Shown here: piece after piece, positions 1 through 24,817 of the stretch
Position numbering within the stretch: the first letter of the stretch is position 1
Layout: each line of letters starts with the position of its first letter
Source: the human T2T-CHM13v2.0 reference genome, Homo sapiens
Assembly: GCF_009914755.1 (NCBI RefSeq)
Contig: NC_060947.1
Direction: 5' to 3' (one strand)
DNA length: 64,000 nt
Position numbers and translations under genes: made by a program
Notes under the pieces: model-generated
Seen by the model: only the letters and a program-made list of their open reading frames with translations
Told to the model about the DNA's origin: nothing
The model's database searches: none

Positions 1-198
1 TGAAAGCCCCCTCTCTACAAAAAATACGAAAATTAGCTGGGTGTGTTGGCATGTGCCTGTAGTCCCAACACCCCAGGAGACTGAGGTGGGAGGATCACTT
101 GTGCCTGGGAAGGTTGAGGCTGCACTGAGCTGTGATCATGCCACTGCGCTCCAGCTTGGGCAACAGAGTGAGACCCTGTCTCAAAAAAAAAAAAAAAG
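1..198 (+). mobile_element. Alu (AluJ-like), 5' part outside the window
   Basis: Middle A-rich linker, right monomer (TGCCTGTAGTCCC...CACTGCGCTCCAGCTTGGGCAACAGAGTGAGACCCTGTCTC) and a poly-A tail ending at 198. Confidence 0.9.
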
Positions 199-203
199 TA
201 GAT

Positions 204-295
204 ATTTGTCCTGTTATAAATTGTCAATCAATATACATAATATTTCAAGATTTGTCTTGTTAAAAATTGTCAACCAATATACATAATATTTCAAG
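204..295. repeat. 46-bp tandem duplication (2 copies, 3 mismatches)
   Basis: ATTTGTCCTGTTATAAATTGTCAATCAATATACATAATATTTCAAG at 204-249, repeated at 250-295. Confidence 0.85.
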
Positions 296-562
296 GCTCA
301 GGAAATGTGTTTTTTCTTTAATTCACATTTTACTTGTCTTGTTTCAGAAGACATTCCAAGTGTATGTTTAGCAAATTGATGTGGTTCGGGCAAAATTTAT
401 GTTTATGGCTGTCGTCATTAATTTCTCTGCTAAGTTCCCTTGAAAATGGTTTTTTAAATAATGATTCATACTGTTTTCAATGCTAGCTTTTTACATTAAT
501 TTTGCATCACATCCTAGGATGAAGGTTTTCTCTGGTTTCTGTCTTTAAGCCATGGCTCTTCC

Positions 563-1604
<1,042 letters not shown>

Positions 1605-3813
1605 TTCCTCGCCTTTAAGCCAGAGCTGTCTCACCACCATCCTGGGGGCCCTGGTCTGCTCTGCCCTAAGGCTGTGGTATTAGCAGGAAAGGGAATATTT
1701 ACGTATCAGAGTAGCATAGCTTCATGCTTGACCCTCTCCATTGGGGCCCTCTCAGGCATTGTACTAAGGGCCTGGGCAATGTGTGTGTTTGGGGATAGAC
1801 AGGAGAGGAGGGAGAAGGGAGGAAGGAGTGAAGAAAGCCTTATCAGAGGGGTACTTTTATCCTGATAGGGTCATGAAAATGTAATTCACTTCACCATTAA
1901 GAATGGGCTAAGTGTCAGTCTCTGGCCCTGTTGACCATCAATATTTTAAAAAGTGAAAGAGTAGGTGTGATACTAGCATCTTAGTTTTGGCATAAAGCCA
2001 CTTCATTTATTGAGGATTTTTAAGTTTGCAGAGGACATGACATACTGTCAAATGGAGTAGAATTCCCTTTTGAAAATAAAAAAAAAATTCAGAATGATAA
2101 TTTACATTACTGTAAAAAAATATAATTATCAAGCGGACCAGATCCTTAGTGTTTGCTGCTCAGAACATTCTCTCCCTAAGAACAATCTACATCAGAAACC
2201 ACACTATCATTTACTTATTTATTTAATGCTCAGGAAACTTAACCAACTTAACTAGAGGTTGGCGTCAAAGTTGGAGAACCTTGTGATTCTCTAATTCATT
2301 TAGCTTTGTTCATGTTTTTTCCTTTATAGGTGATTACCTACTTGTGATCAAATCTTACATATTTTCCCTTTATGGCTTCTAGGTTTTTGGTCATGCTGAG
2401 GAAGCTCTAGGTTATAAAATAGACTGATATTCCCTTCAAGCATTTTATATACACATTTTAACATTTTGTTTAAATTTTTCTTCTATTATACACAATCATG
2501 TATATTACAAATAGACATCTATTCTCAACACTTATCTTTTCCCAGATAGATAGCATACTTCTTGGAAGACATATTATATTCTATTAGTCTTTGGTTATTT
2601 ACAAAGTATTATTCTTTTCTATAAATAGGATCTTTATTTTTATGGTTGCTACTTTGGAGGCATGGTGCACTGAGTTACTAGCTACTATTGGTGAAGTCCT
2701 ATACTGCAGAACTTGTTTTATTAAAAATAGAATTAATGGTCTGGGTGGTTTCTTAGCTCAGGACTAGAAAACAGAGCCTGGGGCAAAAGTTTACCTGGTG
2801 ACACTGCTGGGATGTGCAATACAAGTGAGGGGAAAAGGGAAGTGAGGCAAGGAAAGATAGAAAGCAAATATGAGGGGGTGAGTTACTCATCTGGACATAA
2901 CTTGTCAACAAAGACACAGCTGATTATTTTACCTCATGTGATGTCTTCAGTAAGTACATATAAAATTACTGCATTTAAGAACAGTTTATCTAAGTGGGAG
3001 AAATAAAAAAGATTTTTTCTGTCAGCTCTTTTGAGTAGCCAGATTTCCATTGATCAAAGTTAGCTCCATGGGACATTAATTCCCCTGTATTTCTATGCAT
3101 CTAGTCTGTCTAGTTTGCAGCTGTAATATTCTCTCCTTGTTAGGTGACACTATGTTAGGTGACTTCAAGCTGTGGCTGGAACACCAGTGGCAGTGGCAGT
3201 GGCCTAGGCTCTAAGAATGTAGAAACAGCATGAATCATTGCTGCTTCCTCTGGTCAGGAAGTAAGGAAGTTGATCAGGGTTCAGGATAGGGAATTGGGGC
3301 CAAGTGAGTCTAGGATGGCACATAAGTTAGGAAAGGTTTTGACACTAATTGTGTCACAAGTCCATTATGAAAGACCCTAAAACACCATTGAGTAGGCTAC
3401 AATATACTTTGGGCTATTAAAATTCTTCAGTTTTACAATTTGTAAAAGGTGGTCTGGACCAAAAAAATTCTGAGTCAGCAATTAAAGTACTCATAATATC
3501 TTCTGTCTCTGGATACATGACAATGAATGAGCTAATCAGTGTGTCTGAGCATTTTTCAGTCTGCTGGCTAATCTTGTTCTTCAAGTTACATATTATCTGT
3601 GCCTTGCAGCCAAAGGATGAGACTTCCCAGAAACACAAAACATGCTATTAGATCTTAGAGACATGAGTAATACTAATCAAGACATCTTTGCAGGCACTTG
3701 CAAGAGAAAGTGACATTCCACCTGACAAAGTGGGTAAGATATAAATATAACTTTAAAAAAGGTATTGAGTACAAATAGAGAAAATAACACAAGGGATAAA
3801 ATGAAATAAGTGA

Positions 3814-4063
3814 GGCTGGGTACAGTGGCTCACACCTGTAATCCCAGTACTTTGGGAGTCTGAGGCAGGTAAATTGCTTGAGCCCAGGAGTTGGAGACCA
3901 GCCTGGGGAACATGATGAAACCTCATCTCTACCCAAAAAGCCCCACAAAAACTGAGGTGGGAGGATCACCTGAGACTTGGGAGGTCAGGGCTGCTGTGAT
4001 GGCACCACTGCACTTCAGCCTGGGCAACAGAGTGAGACCTCATCTCAAAAAAAAAAAAAAAAA
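3814..4063 (+). mobile_element. AluJ-like element lacking the start of the right monomer
   Basis: GGCTGGGTACAGTGGCTCACACCTGTAATCCCAG start, TTGAGCCCAGGAG motif, poly-A at 4046-4063. Confidence 0.85.
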
Positions 4064-4269
4064 ATTAAACAAGTGTAAGAAGGACATTGGAATTAGATGA
4101 TTTAATTCTCATTGTAGCAATTGATTAATTTGTAATTTTTTGCCATACTTCTGGATTATATTTGTTATTATATTTAAAATTTTTCATGTACATTCATTGG
4201 TGGGATTAATGTACCATCATCAAGTATCTTTCTCATCATGAAGTTTTGATATTAAGGTTGTATGGCTTC

Positions 4270-4822
4270 ATTTTTCACTATGTAATGGTGTCTTTTGATA
4301 AAGAGAAATTTATCAATATTTTCCTTCATTTTATTTTATTCTTTTAAAGAAACTTTCTCCTACTATAACGTCATGAAGATTATCTACGTTATCTTCTAGA
4401 AGCTTTATAATTTTGCCTTTCACATTTAGATTTATAATTCACCTAGAATTTATTTTTGTATGTGATGTGAGGTAAGGGTCAAGATTCAATTTCCCCACAT
4501 ATGGATATCCAATTGACCCAGCACCATTTCTCAAGAAGACCGTTCTTTCCTCCACTACACTACAGTGTCACCTTTGTAATAAGTTATGTTGCTATATATG
4601 TATGAATCTATCTCGGGACTTTCTATTCTTTCAATTGGTCTTTTTTTTAATCCGTGCACTGGTGTTCTTGTACCTTGTCATAATTACTGTAGCTTTATTG
4701 TAAAACTTGATATTTGCTAATATAAATCCTCTTTATTGTTATTTTCCAACATTATTTTGGTTATTCTTGGTATTTCTACATTTATATATAGATTTAAAAA
4801 ATAAGCTTGCCAAATTACACAG

Positions 4823-4863
<41 letters not shown>

Positions 4864-5170
4864 TGGGATTTTGTTTGGAACTGCACTGAATCTACAGACC
4901 AATTTGGTGAGAATTAACATATTTCACATTTATAATATTGAGTTTCTCATTCCATTAATATAGTTTACTACTGTTTTTTTTGTTCTTTAATTTCTTTCAA
5001 TAATGTATTGTAGTTTTCAGATTCAGACTTGCATATACTTTGTTAGGATAATTCTTAAGATTTTGTGGCTTCTCAATGCTATTCTAAATGGCCTGGATTT
5101 TAAAAGTTCATTTTCCTATTGTTTGCTACTGGTATATAGGACTACAACTGATTTTAAAAAATAGATTGAC
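4270..5170 (-). mobile_element. Old L1M/L1ME ORF2 fragment (continues at ~9980-10740)
   Basis: Degenerate antisense L1 ORF2 motifs (TTTCACATTTAGATTTATAATTCACCTAGAATTTATTTTTG, CCCAGCACCATTT); boundaries approximate. Confidence 0.6.
4827..4860. repeat. (AC)17 microsatellite
   Basis: Read directly from the sequence. Confidence 0.95.
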
Positions 5171-5174
5171 ACAA

Positions 5175-9678
<4,504 letters not shown>

Positions 9679-9790
9679 AATATATATACATATACATATA
9701 TATATGTATATACACACACACACACATATATACACACACTCATCTATATATAATAAATATATAATAAATATATAATAAATAAATAAACAA
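9679..9790. repeat. (TA)n/(CA)n/A-rich low-complexity tract from the L1 tail
   Basis: Directly follows the L1 3' end (…CCCCAGAACTTAA). Confidence 0.8.
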
Positions 9791-9792
9791 CA

Positions 9793-9925
9793 GGCTGGGC
9801 AGAGTGGCTCACACCAGTGCCTCATCCTCCCAGCAGTTTAGAAAGCTGAGGCTAGAGGATTGCTTGAGCCCAGGAGTTCGAGACCAGCCTGGGCAACATA
9901 ACAAGACTTTGTCTCTACAAAACAA
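9793..9925 (+). mobile_element. FLAM / Alu left monomer
   Basis: GGCTGGGCAGAGTGGCTCACAC...GAGGATTGCTTGAGCCCAGGAGTTCGAGACCAGCCTGGGCAACATA...TCTCTACAAAA, with no right monomer. Confidence 0.8.
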
Positions 9926-10765
9926 ATAATCATAATAAATAAAAATTAAAAACTAAATTTTGAAAATATATATTGACATTGCGTTAAATGTCCTCATTTA
10001 AGTAATTTGTTAATTTTAATAGTTTATAGATTATTTTGGATTTTCTATATATGCAATCATTTTGTGCATGAATTATGATTTTCTTCCCTTTCCAATTCAT
10101 ATACCTTTCATTTCTTTTTCTTCTCTTATTGCACAGTTTAACATCTCCAGTACGGTGATGAATAAAAGTGATGACAGTGGCCATTCTTTCCTTATTACTG
10201 ATCTTAACTGGAAAGTTCCCAATATTTCAACATTAACTATGATAAGTGTTTTTATATTGCTTATCATATTAAGGAAGCTCTCTTTTATTCCTGGTTTGCT
10301 AAGAATTTTAAATCATAATGGAGATTGAGTTTTATCACATACCTTTTCTGCATTTGTTGAGATGATTATATTTGTTTTTTCCTCTATTATGCTAATGTAG
10401 CAAATTACATTGATTGATTTTCAAGTGTTAATCCAATCTTGCCTTTATACAAAAACTCAGCTTGATCATCATATATTATCTATGATGTATATCATAGATT
10501 TTATTTGCTCTTATTTTGTTTGAAATTTTTGTATCTATAGTCATAAGAGAGATTGGCCTGCAATTTTATTTTCTTCCCTTCCCAATTCATATATCTTGCA
10601 TTTCTTTTTCTTCTCTTATTGCACAGTTTAACATCACCATAATAAATGCCTTATGGTGATGAATAAAAGTGACGACAGTGGCCATTCTTTCCTTATTACT
10701 GATCTTAACTGGAAAGCTCTCAATATTATCATATCTATGCTGGGATCATAAAACAAGGTAGGTGG

Positions 10766-11335
10766 TGTGATGGTTCCTTTAATGTGTCAATCTGGCTAGT
10801 CCGTGGTACCCATATAGTTGGTCAAATACCTGTCTGGATATTGCTGTGAAGTTGTATTGTATTGTATTTTTTTATTTTAATTTTTTTTTGAGACGGAGTC
10901 TCATTCTCAACCAGGCTGCAGTGCAGTGGTGTGATCTTGGCTCGCTGCAACTCTGCCTCCCAGATTCAAATGATTCTCCTACCTCAGCCTCCAGAGTAGG
11001 TGGGACTACAAGTGTGTGCCACCACGCCTGGCTAATTTTTGTATTTTTGGTAGAAACGAGGTTTTGCCATGTTGGCCAGGCTGGTCTCGAACTCCTGACC
11101 TCAAGTGATCCACCTGCGTCGGCCTCCCAAAGTGCTAGGATTACAGGCGTGAACCACTGTGCCTGGCTGTGAAGTTAAATTTTAGATGAGCTTATAATTT
11201 AAATCAGTAGACATTGAGTAAAGGAGATTCTCCATAATGTGGCTGGACTTCATTCAATCAATTGAAGGCCTTAAGAGAAAATAAACAGAGGTCCTCCAAG
11301 GAAGAGTGAGTTCTGCCTCCAGACTACATCAACTT
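10766..11335 (+). mobile_element. MLT2-like (ERVL) LTR fragment interrupted by an Alu
   Basis: TGTGATGGTT...AATGTGTCAATCTGGCTAG...TTGGTCAAATAC...AATCAGTAGAC..TGAGTAAAG.AGAT...CCATAATGTGG motifs. Confidence 0.65.
10866..11166 (-). mobile_element. AluS
   Basis: Full reverse Alu; TSD CTGTGAAGTT at 10844-10853 and 11167-11176. Confidence 0.9.
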
Positions 11336-11339
11336 TCTT

Positions 11340-13290
11340 TCTGTAGCCTAATTGCTCTGGCTAGGATTTCCAGTACTATGTCAAAAAGATATTGGGGTGG
11401 GCATGCTTGAGTTGTTCACGATCTTAGAGGACAAACTTTCAACTTTTATCCTTGAGTATGTTAGCTGTGGGCTTGTCATATGTGAGCTTTGTTATGTTGA
11501 AGTAATTCCTTCTATACCTAATTTGTTGAGAGCTTTTATCATGGAAGAATGCAAAATTTTGTCAAATGATTTTTCTGCACCTATTGAGATGATATGTGGT
11601 TTCTGTCCTTCATTTTGTTAATGTGGTGTATTACATTGATTGATTGGTATATGTTAAATCATCTTTTCAACCTTGGGATAAATCCCACTCAGTCATGATG
11701 AATGATCTTTTCAATGCTGTTTCATAAATCCTGTAAGCTTTCTTCATTTCTTATCATTTAAAGAGATTATTTCTCTTATGACTGTATATTTTCAAATAAC
11801 TTGTCTTCAAGTTCACAGATTTATTCTTTTCCTTAATCAATTCCTGTGTTAATGCTCACCATTGCATTTTTCATTTCACTCATTGTATTTTTCCAGCTCC
11901 AGAATCTGTTTTTTTTTTTTTAAATAATTTCATTCTCTTTGTTAAATTTATTGTTTTGGTTGTTTAGTGTTTTCCTGAATTTGTTGAATTGTTTCTTTGT
12001 AATTTCTTGAAATACTGAGCTTCCTTAAAACAATTATTTTGAGTTCTTTGTTAGGCAGTTCATAAACTCCTATTTCTTTAGGTTCAGTTACTAGTGCTTT
12101 TTCTTGGTGGCAAGATTGTTCTTGATCCCTATGACCATGTGTTGGTGTCTGTGCATTTAAAGAAACAGGGAGTCATTCCAGTCTTTGGAGACTTGCTTTG
12201 TCTGGTAGAGCTCTTCACTAGTCTGCCTGTTCAGAGATTCTAAGCAGACTTGCTGCTGGAGTCATTAGGCAGGCTGGCCTGTGTGAACCCATGGGGTTGG
12301 ATCTGGAGCCTGGATCCACTGGCTTGGACCTGTTGATTGTGTCCTTTGTGGTGGGCATGAAACCTGTATCCATGCAGCCTGAAGCTTGGGTTCATAGAGG
12401 CTCACCTCATGCTCTGGCAGTTCTGGAGCCTGCTTCTGCAGAGATGAGCCTAAGTCCTGGGTCCACTGGGGCTGGTCTTCAGGAGTGGTCTTGGATTATT
12501 AGTCTGATGGGACCAAACTGGCACCAGGGTCTACTGGGGTATAGTCACAGGGCCTGGCATTGGCAGGTCTGGAGCCTGTGTCTCCCAGTGTCAGCCTACT
12601 GTCTGAGGCCAGGGGTGCTGACTTGGTCTTGGGGCAGGCCTGAAGCCTTGGGCTATGTGGGCCAATCTGGTTCTGGGCTGCCCTGGATCCTGAAGCACAG
12701 AAAGTTTGGCTTGATGGCTAAGACTGCAGGGGCTGGCCTGATGGCTGGGGTGGGCCTGAAGCCTGGAACTGTGGGGGCCAGCCCAGTGCTGGGGGTAGCC
12801 TGGGACACAGGGCCATTCGGGCTGGCATGGCCCTAGGGAAGGAATGGAGACTGAGTCTGTGGGGGCTGGCCTTGCGCTGGGCCAGCCCCAAAGCCCAGGG
12901 CTTCTGAGGCTGAACTAGAGCTGGGGCTGGTCTAAAGTCTAGGGCTACTGTGTTTGGCCTGGTGGTGGGGCAGCCTAAAGACCAAATCTGTCAGGCAAGC
13001 CTGGAGATGGGCTGTGGGTGACTGCCTGGTGCTGAGTTTTACTAGAGAAGGCCCCGTGTTGAGGCCCAAATGAAGAGTATCTGTCTCCATGCTGTGCTAC
13101 CTGGGGGTTAGGAAACAGGTGGCATGAATAATTGAAAACTATCCTTCCTACCCACTTTAGCGCATTTTTTATTTCAGTGCTTCACCAAGGTGCTATAATC
13201 TCTCACTTGGTTTCGTTATTGCTTGTGAAAGTATTTTCACATTTGGATAGTTGGATAGAAAAAGCTTATTCTGCCATCCTGATGACATTT
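11340..13290 (-). mobile_element. Old L1M element(s), including a GC-rich repetitive 5' region
   Basis: Antisense ORF2-like sequence at 11340-11720, ORF1-like sequence, then a GC-rich region with recurring GGAGCCTGG.TCCACTGG / GGGGCTGGCCT motifs (12290-13060); boundaries approximate. Confidence 0.55.
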
Positions 13291-13501
13291 ATTAGGGTGT
13301 CTTTTTAAAAATATTATTACTGATTCAATCTCTTTTTTTGTTACAGGCCTATTTTCTATAGAAAGTAGATTTTCCTTTTTGTTGTTATTTATTTACTTAT
13401 TTATTTATTTTAGCTTTGCTGCTTAAGAAGAAAACATATTTAAAAAAATAACTTTGGATTGGGAGGAGTCTTTACAGGCAAAACACAAAATTCAGAAGCT
13501 A

Positions 13502-13825
<324 letters not shown>

Positions 13826-13885
13826 AAAAAGAAAATGTTATTAGGCTGCATAGTTAGCAAAAAATTCTATATAAAACTTGTTTTT

Positions 13886-16800
13886 CAAGTTTTAATTTAG
13901 ATTTTGGGGTACATGTGCAGGTTTGTTATAATGGTATATTGTGTGATGCTCAAGTTTGGGATATGATTGAACCTGTCACCCAAGTAGTGAGTATAGTACC
14001 CAATAGATAGTTTTTCAACCCTTCCCCTCTCCCTACTTCTCCCCTCTTTTAGTTTGTGGAGTTTATTGTTCCCATCTTTATGTCTATGTGTATCCAAAGA
14101 TTAGCTACCACTTATAAGTAAAAACATGTGGTATTTGGTTTTCTGGTTCTGTGTTAGTTTGCTTAGGATAATGGCCTCTAGCTGCAACCATGTTACTGCA
14201 AAGAATATTATTTCATTCTTTTTCATGGCTGTGTAGTATTCTATGGTGTATACATGCCACATTTTATTTATCCAATTCACTGTTGATGGGCACCTGGGTT
14301 GATTCCATGTCTTTGCTGTTGTGAATAGTGCTGTGATGAACATATGAATGCATGTGTCTTTTTGGTAGGATTATTTATTTTCTTTTGGGTATTTACCCAA
14401 AAGATTGGGATTGCTGGGTTGAATGGTAGTTCTATCTTCAGTTCTTTGTGAAATCTCCAAACTGCTTTCTAGAATGGCTGAACTAATTTACAATCCCATC
14501 AACAGCATATAAGCACTCTCTTTTCTCCACAGCCCTGCCAACATCTGTTATTTTTTTACTTTTTAATGATAGCCATTCTGACTGGTGGGTGTGAGATGGT
14601 ATCTCATTGTAGTTTTAATTTGCATTTCTTTGATGATTAGTGATGATGAGCATTTTTCATGTTTACTGGCTACTTGCATGTCTTCTTTTGAGAAGTGTCT
14701 GTTCATGTCCTTTGTCCACTTCTTAAATATTTTCTTTTTTTGCTTAATGATTTAAATTCCTTATAGATTCTGGATATTAGACCTTTGTCAGAAGCATAGT
14801 TTGCAAATATTTTCTCCCAATCTGAAGATTGTCTGTTTATTCTGTTGACAGTTTTTCTCGCTGTACAGAAGCTCCTTAGTTTAATTAGGTCCTCCTTGTC
14901 AATTTTTGTTTTTGGTGTAATTGCTTTTGAGGATTTAGCCATGAATTCTTTGCCAAGGTTGATGTCAAGAAGGGCATTTCTTAGATTTTCTCCTAGGATT
15001 TTTATAGTTGGAGGCCTTAGATTTAAGTCTGTAATTCATCTTGAGTTAATTTTTTATATGGCGATAGGTAGTGATCAAATTTCATTCTTCTGCATATGGC
15101 TAGCTATCTCAACATTATTTATTGAAAAGGGAGTCCTTTCTCCATTGCTTACTTTTGTTGACTTTGTCAAAGATCAGATGGCTGTAGGTGTGCAGCTTTG
15201 TTTCTGGGTTCTCTATTCTGTCCCATTAGTCTATGTGTCTATTTGTGTACCAATACCATGCTGTTTGCTTACTGTAGCATCGTAGTATAGTTTGAAGTTA
15301 GGTAATGTGATACCTCTGGCTTTATTCTTTTTGCTTAGAATTGCTTTTGGCTATTTGGGCTCTTTTCTGGTTTTATATGAAATTTAGAATAGTTTTTTTT
15401 TTAATTCTGTGATAAAATGACATAGTTTCATAGGAATACCATTGAATTTATAGATTGTTTTAGGCAGTATGACCATTTTAACGATATTGATTGTTTCAAT
15501 TCATGAGTGTGGAATGTTTCCTCATTCGTTTGTGTCATTTCTGATTTCCTTTGATAGTCTTTTGTGGTTCTCCTTGTAGAGATCTTCCATCTCCTTGATT
15601 AGATGTATCCCTAGGTATTTTATTTTTTGTGGCTATTGAAAATTGTAACGCATTCTTGCTTTGATTCTTAGCTCGAATGTTGTTGTATAGAAATGTTACT
15701 GATTTTTTTTGTGTTTTTTTAAAAATATAGTTTCTTATCATGTCCTTTTATTTATTTATGTATTTATTTTTATTTTTATTATACTTTAAGTTTTAGGGTA
15801 CATGTGCACAATGTGCAGGTTTGTTACATATGTATACATGTGCCATGTTGGTGTGCTGCACCCATTAACTCGTCATTTAACATTAGGTATATCTCCTGAT
15901 GCTATCCTTCCCCCCTCCCCCCTCCCCACAACAGGCCCTGGTTTGTGATATTCCCCTTCCTGTGTCCATGTGTTCTCATTGTTCAATTCCCACCTATGAG
16001 TGAGAACATACGGTGTTTGGTTTTTTGTTCTTGCGATAGTTTGCTGAGAATGATGGTTTCCAGCTTCATCCATGTCCCCACAAAGGACATGAACTCATCC
16101 TTTTTTATGGCTGCATAGTATTCCATGGTGTATATGTGCCACATTTTCTTAATCCAGTCTATCATTGTTGGACATTTGGCTTGGTTCCAAGTCTTTGCTA
16201 TTGTGAATAGTGCCACAGTAAACACACGTGTGCATGTATCTTTATAGCAGCATGATTTATAATCCTTTGGGTATATACCCAGTAATGGGATGGCTGGGTC
16301 AAATGGTATTTCATACATTGATTTTGTATGCTGAAACTTTACTGAAGTCATTTTTTCAGTTCTAGGAGTTTTTTTGGCAGAGTCTTTAGAGTGTTCTAGC
16401 TATAGAATCATATCATTAGTGAAGAGTTTCACTTCTTTTTTTTCCTATTTGGATGTCTTCTATTTCTTTTCCTTGCCTGATTGTTCTTCTAGAACTTCTA
16501 GTACTATGTTAAATAAGAATGGTGAGAGTGGACATCCTTGTCTTGCTCGAGTTCTCAAGGTGAGTGCTTTCAACTTTTGCCCATTCAATGTGATGTTGGC
16601 TGTGGGTTTGTCATAAATGGCCTTTATTATTTTGAGGTATGTTCCTTTGATGCCTAGTTTGTTGAGGGCTTCTATCATAAAATGATGTTGGATTTTACTA
16701 AAAGCTTTTCCCACATCTATTGAGATGATCATATGGTTTTTGTTTTTAATTCTCTTTATGTGGTGAATCACATTTATTGATTTGTGTATGTTGAACAAAC

Positions 16801-18262
16801 CTTATACCCCAGGAATTGAGCCTACTTGATCCTGGTTAATTTTCTTTTTGATGTGTTGCTAGATTCAGTTTGCTAGTATTTTGCTGAGGATTTTTTCATC
16901 TATGTTCATCAGGGATATTAGCCTGTCATTTTCTTTTTTCATTCTGTCTTTGCCAGCTTTGGTACCAGGATGATACTGGCTTTGTAGAATGAGTTATGGA
17001 GGAGTCCCTCCTCCTTAATTTTCAGGAATAGTTTTAGTAGGATTGGTACTAGTTCCTCCTTGTACATCTGATAGAATATGGCTGTGAATCCATCTGGTCC
17101 AGGACTTTTTTGGCAGTAGTTTTTTTTTTTAATGACTGATTCAATTTCAGAACTCATTATTGATATGTTCAGGGTTTCAATTTCTTCCTGGTTCAAACTT
17201 GATAGGTTGTGTTTCCAATAGTGTATCCATTCCCTCTGGATTTTCTAGTTCGTGTGCATAGAGGTTTTCATAATAGTCTCTGAGGATGTTTTGTTTTTTT
17301 TTTGGTGGGATTGGTTGTAATGTCATTTCTGATTGTGCTTATTTAGTTCTTCTCTTTTTTCTCTGTTAATGTAGCTAGGAGTCTATCAATCTTGTTTATC
17401 CTTTCAAAAAACTTTTGATTTCATTGATATTTTGTATGGATTTTTGGATCTCAATTTCATTCAGTTCTGCTCGGATTTTAGTTATTCTTTTCTTCTGCTA
17501 GCTCTGGGGTTGATTTGTTCTTGTTCTTCTAGTTCCTCTAGGAGGGATGTTAGAATATTAATTTGATATTGTTTCTGGCTTTTTGATGTAGATATTTAGT
17601 GTTATAAACTTTTCTCTTAACATGGCTTTTGCTATATTCCCAAGATTTTGGTATGTTTTGTCTCTGTTTTTATTAATTTTAAATAAACTTTAGATTTCTG
17701 CCTTAATTTTCTTGTTTACCCAAAAATCATTCAGGAGCAAGTTGTTTACTTTCCATGTAATTGTGTGGTTTTGAGAGATCTTCTAGTATTGATTTCTATT
17801 TTTATTTCAATGTGTTCTGAGAGCACAGTTGATATGATTTTTATTTTTTTTGAATTTGTTAACACTTGCTTTATGGTGGAGCAGGTGGTCCATCTTAGAG
17901 TATGTTCTGTATGCAGATGAGAAGAATGTATATCTGATGATTGTTGGGTGGAGTATTCTGTGAATGTCTATCAAATATACTTGGTCAAGTGTCAAATTTC
18001 AGTCCAGGATTTCATTGTTAGTTTTCTGTCTTGATCTGCCTAACACTGCCAGTGGAGTATTGAAGTCTCCCCCATTATTGAGTGACAGCCTGTCTTTTTG
18101 TTAGTCTAGAATTACTTGTTTTATGAATCTGGGCGTGTCAGTGTTGGATGCGCATATATTTAGGATAGTTAAGTCTTCTTGTTGAATTGAACCCTTTATC
18201 ATTATATAATGCCGTTTTTGGTCCTTTTTGACTGCTGTTGATTTAATGTCTGTTTCATCTAA
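13886..18262 (-). mobile_element. 5'-truncated older primate L1 (L1PA15/16-L1PB-like), interrupted at ~15705-16311
   Basis: L1 3'UTR at the left end; ORF2 fragments in the ORF track (14101-14343, 14703-14942, 16460-16798, 16939-17196, 17807-17995). Confidence 0.85.
15756..16311 (-). mobile_element. Short 3' fragment of a younger L1PA nested in the older L1
   Basis: TTATTATACTTTAAGTTTTAGGGTACATGTGCACAATGTGCAGG 3' end; ORF2 C-terminus [16 protein letters not shown]...RMFSLIGGN. Confidence 0.9.
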
Positions 18263-18651
18263 CTTTATTATTGTTTTATATAGTAAAAAATTGTTTACAT
18301 CTGCATAAATATTTACCTTTCCTTTGCACTTTTCTTCCTATTTTCTAGGAAGATAAATTTTTATTCTGCCTGAAGAACAACATTTAGTATTTCTTCTCTC
18401 ATGAGTTTGCTAGTGATAATTTTTTGTTTTTGTTTTTTACCTTAGAATGTCTTTATTTTATATTCACTGTTGATATTGCCTATGAGCATATAAATCTAAG
18501 TTGGCAGTAATTTTCTTTCACCTCTTTAAAGATATCCTTCCATTGTATGGATTCCATTTTCTCTTGTTTGAGTAGTCATCTCTCAAAGAAGAGAAGTCCA
18601 ATTGTTGCTCTTTGGAAGTTAATCTGAGGATTTTGTTTTATGGCTGATTTT

Positions 18652-24817
<6,166 letters not shown>

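Noticed and set aside
12291-12836. 181-aa ORF
   Set aside because: It lies in a repetitive GC-rich old L1 5' region and is low-complexity, with no gene features.
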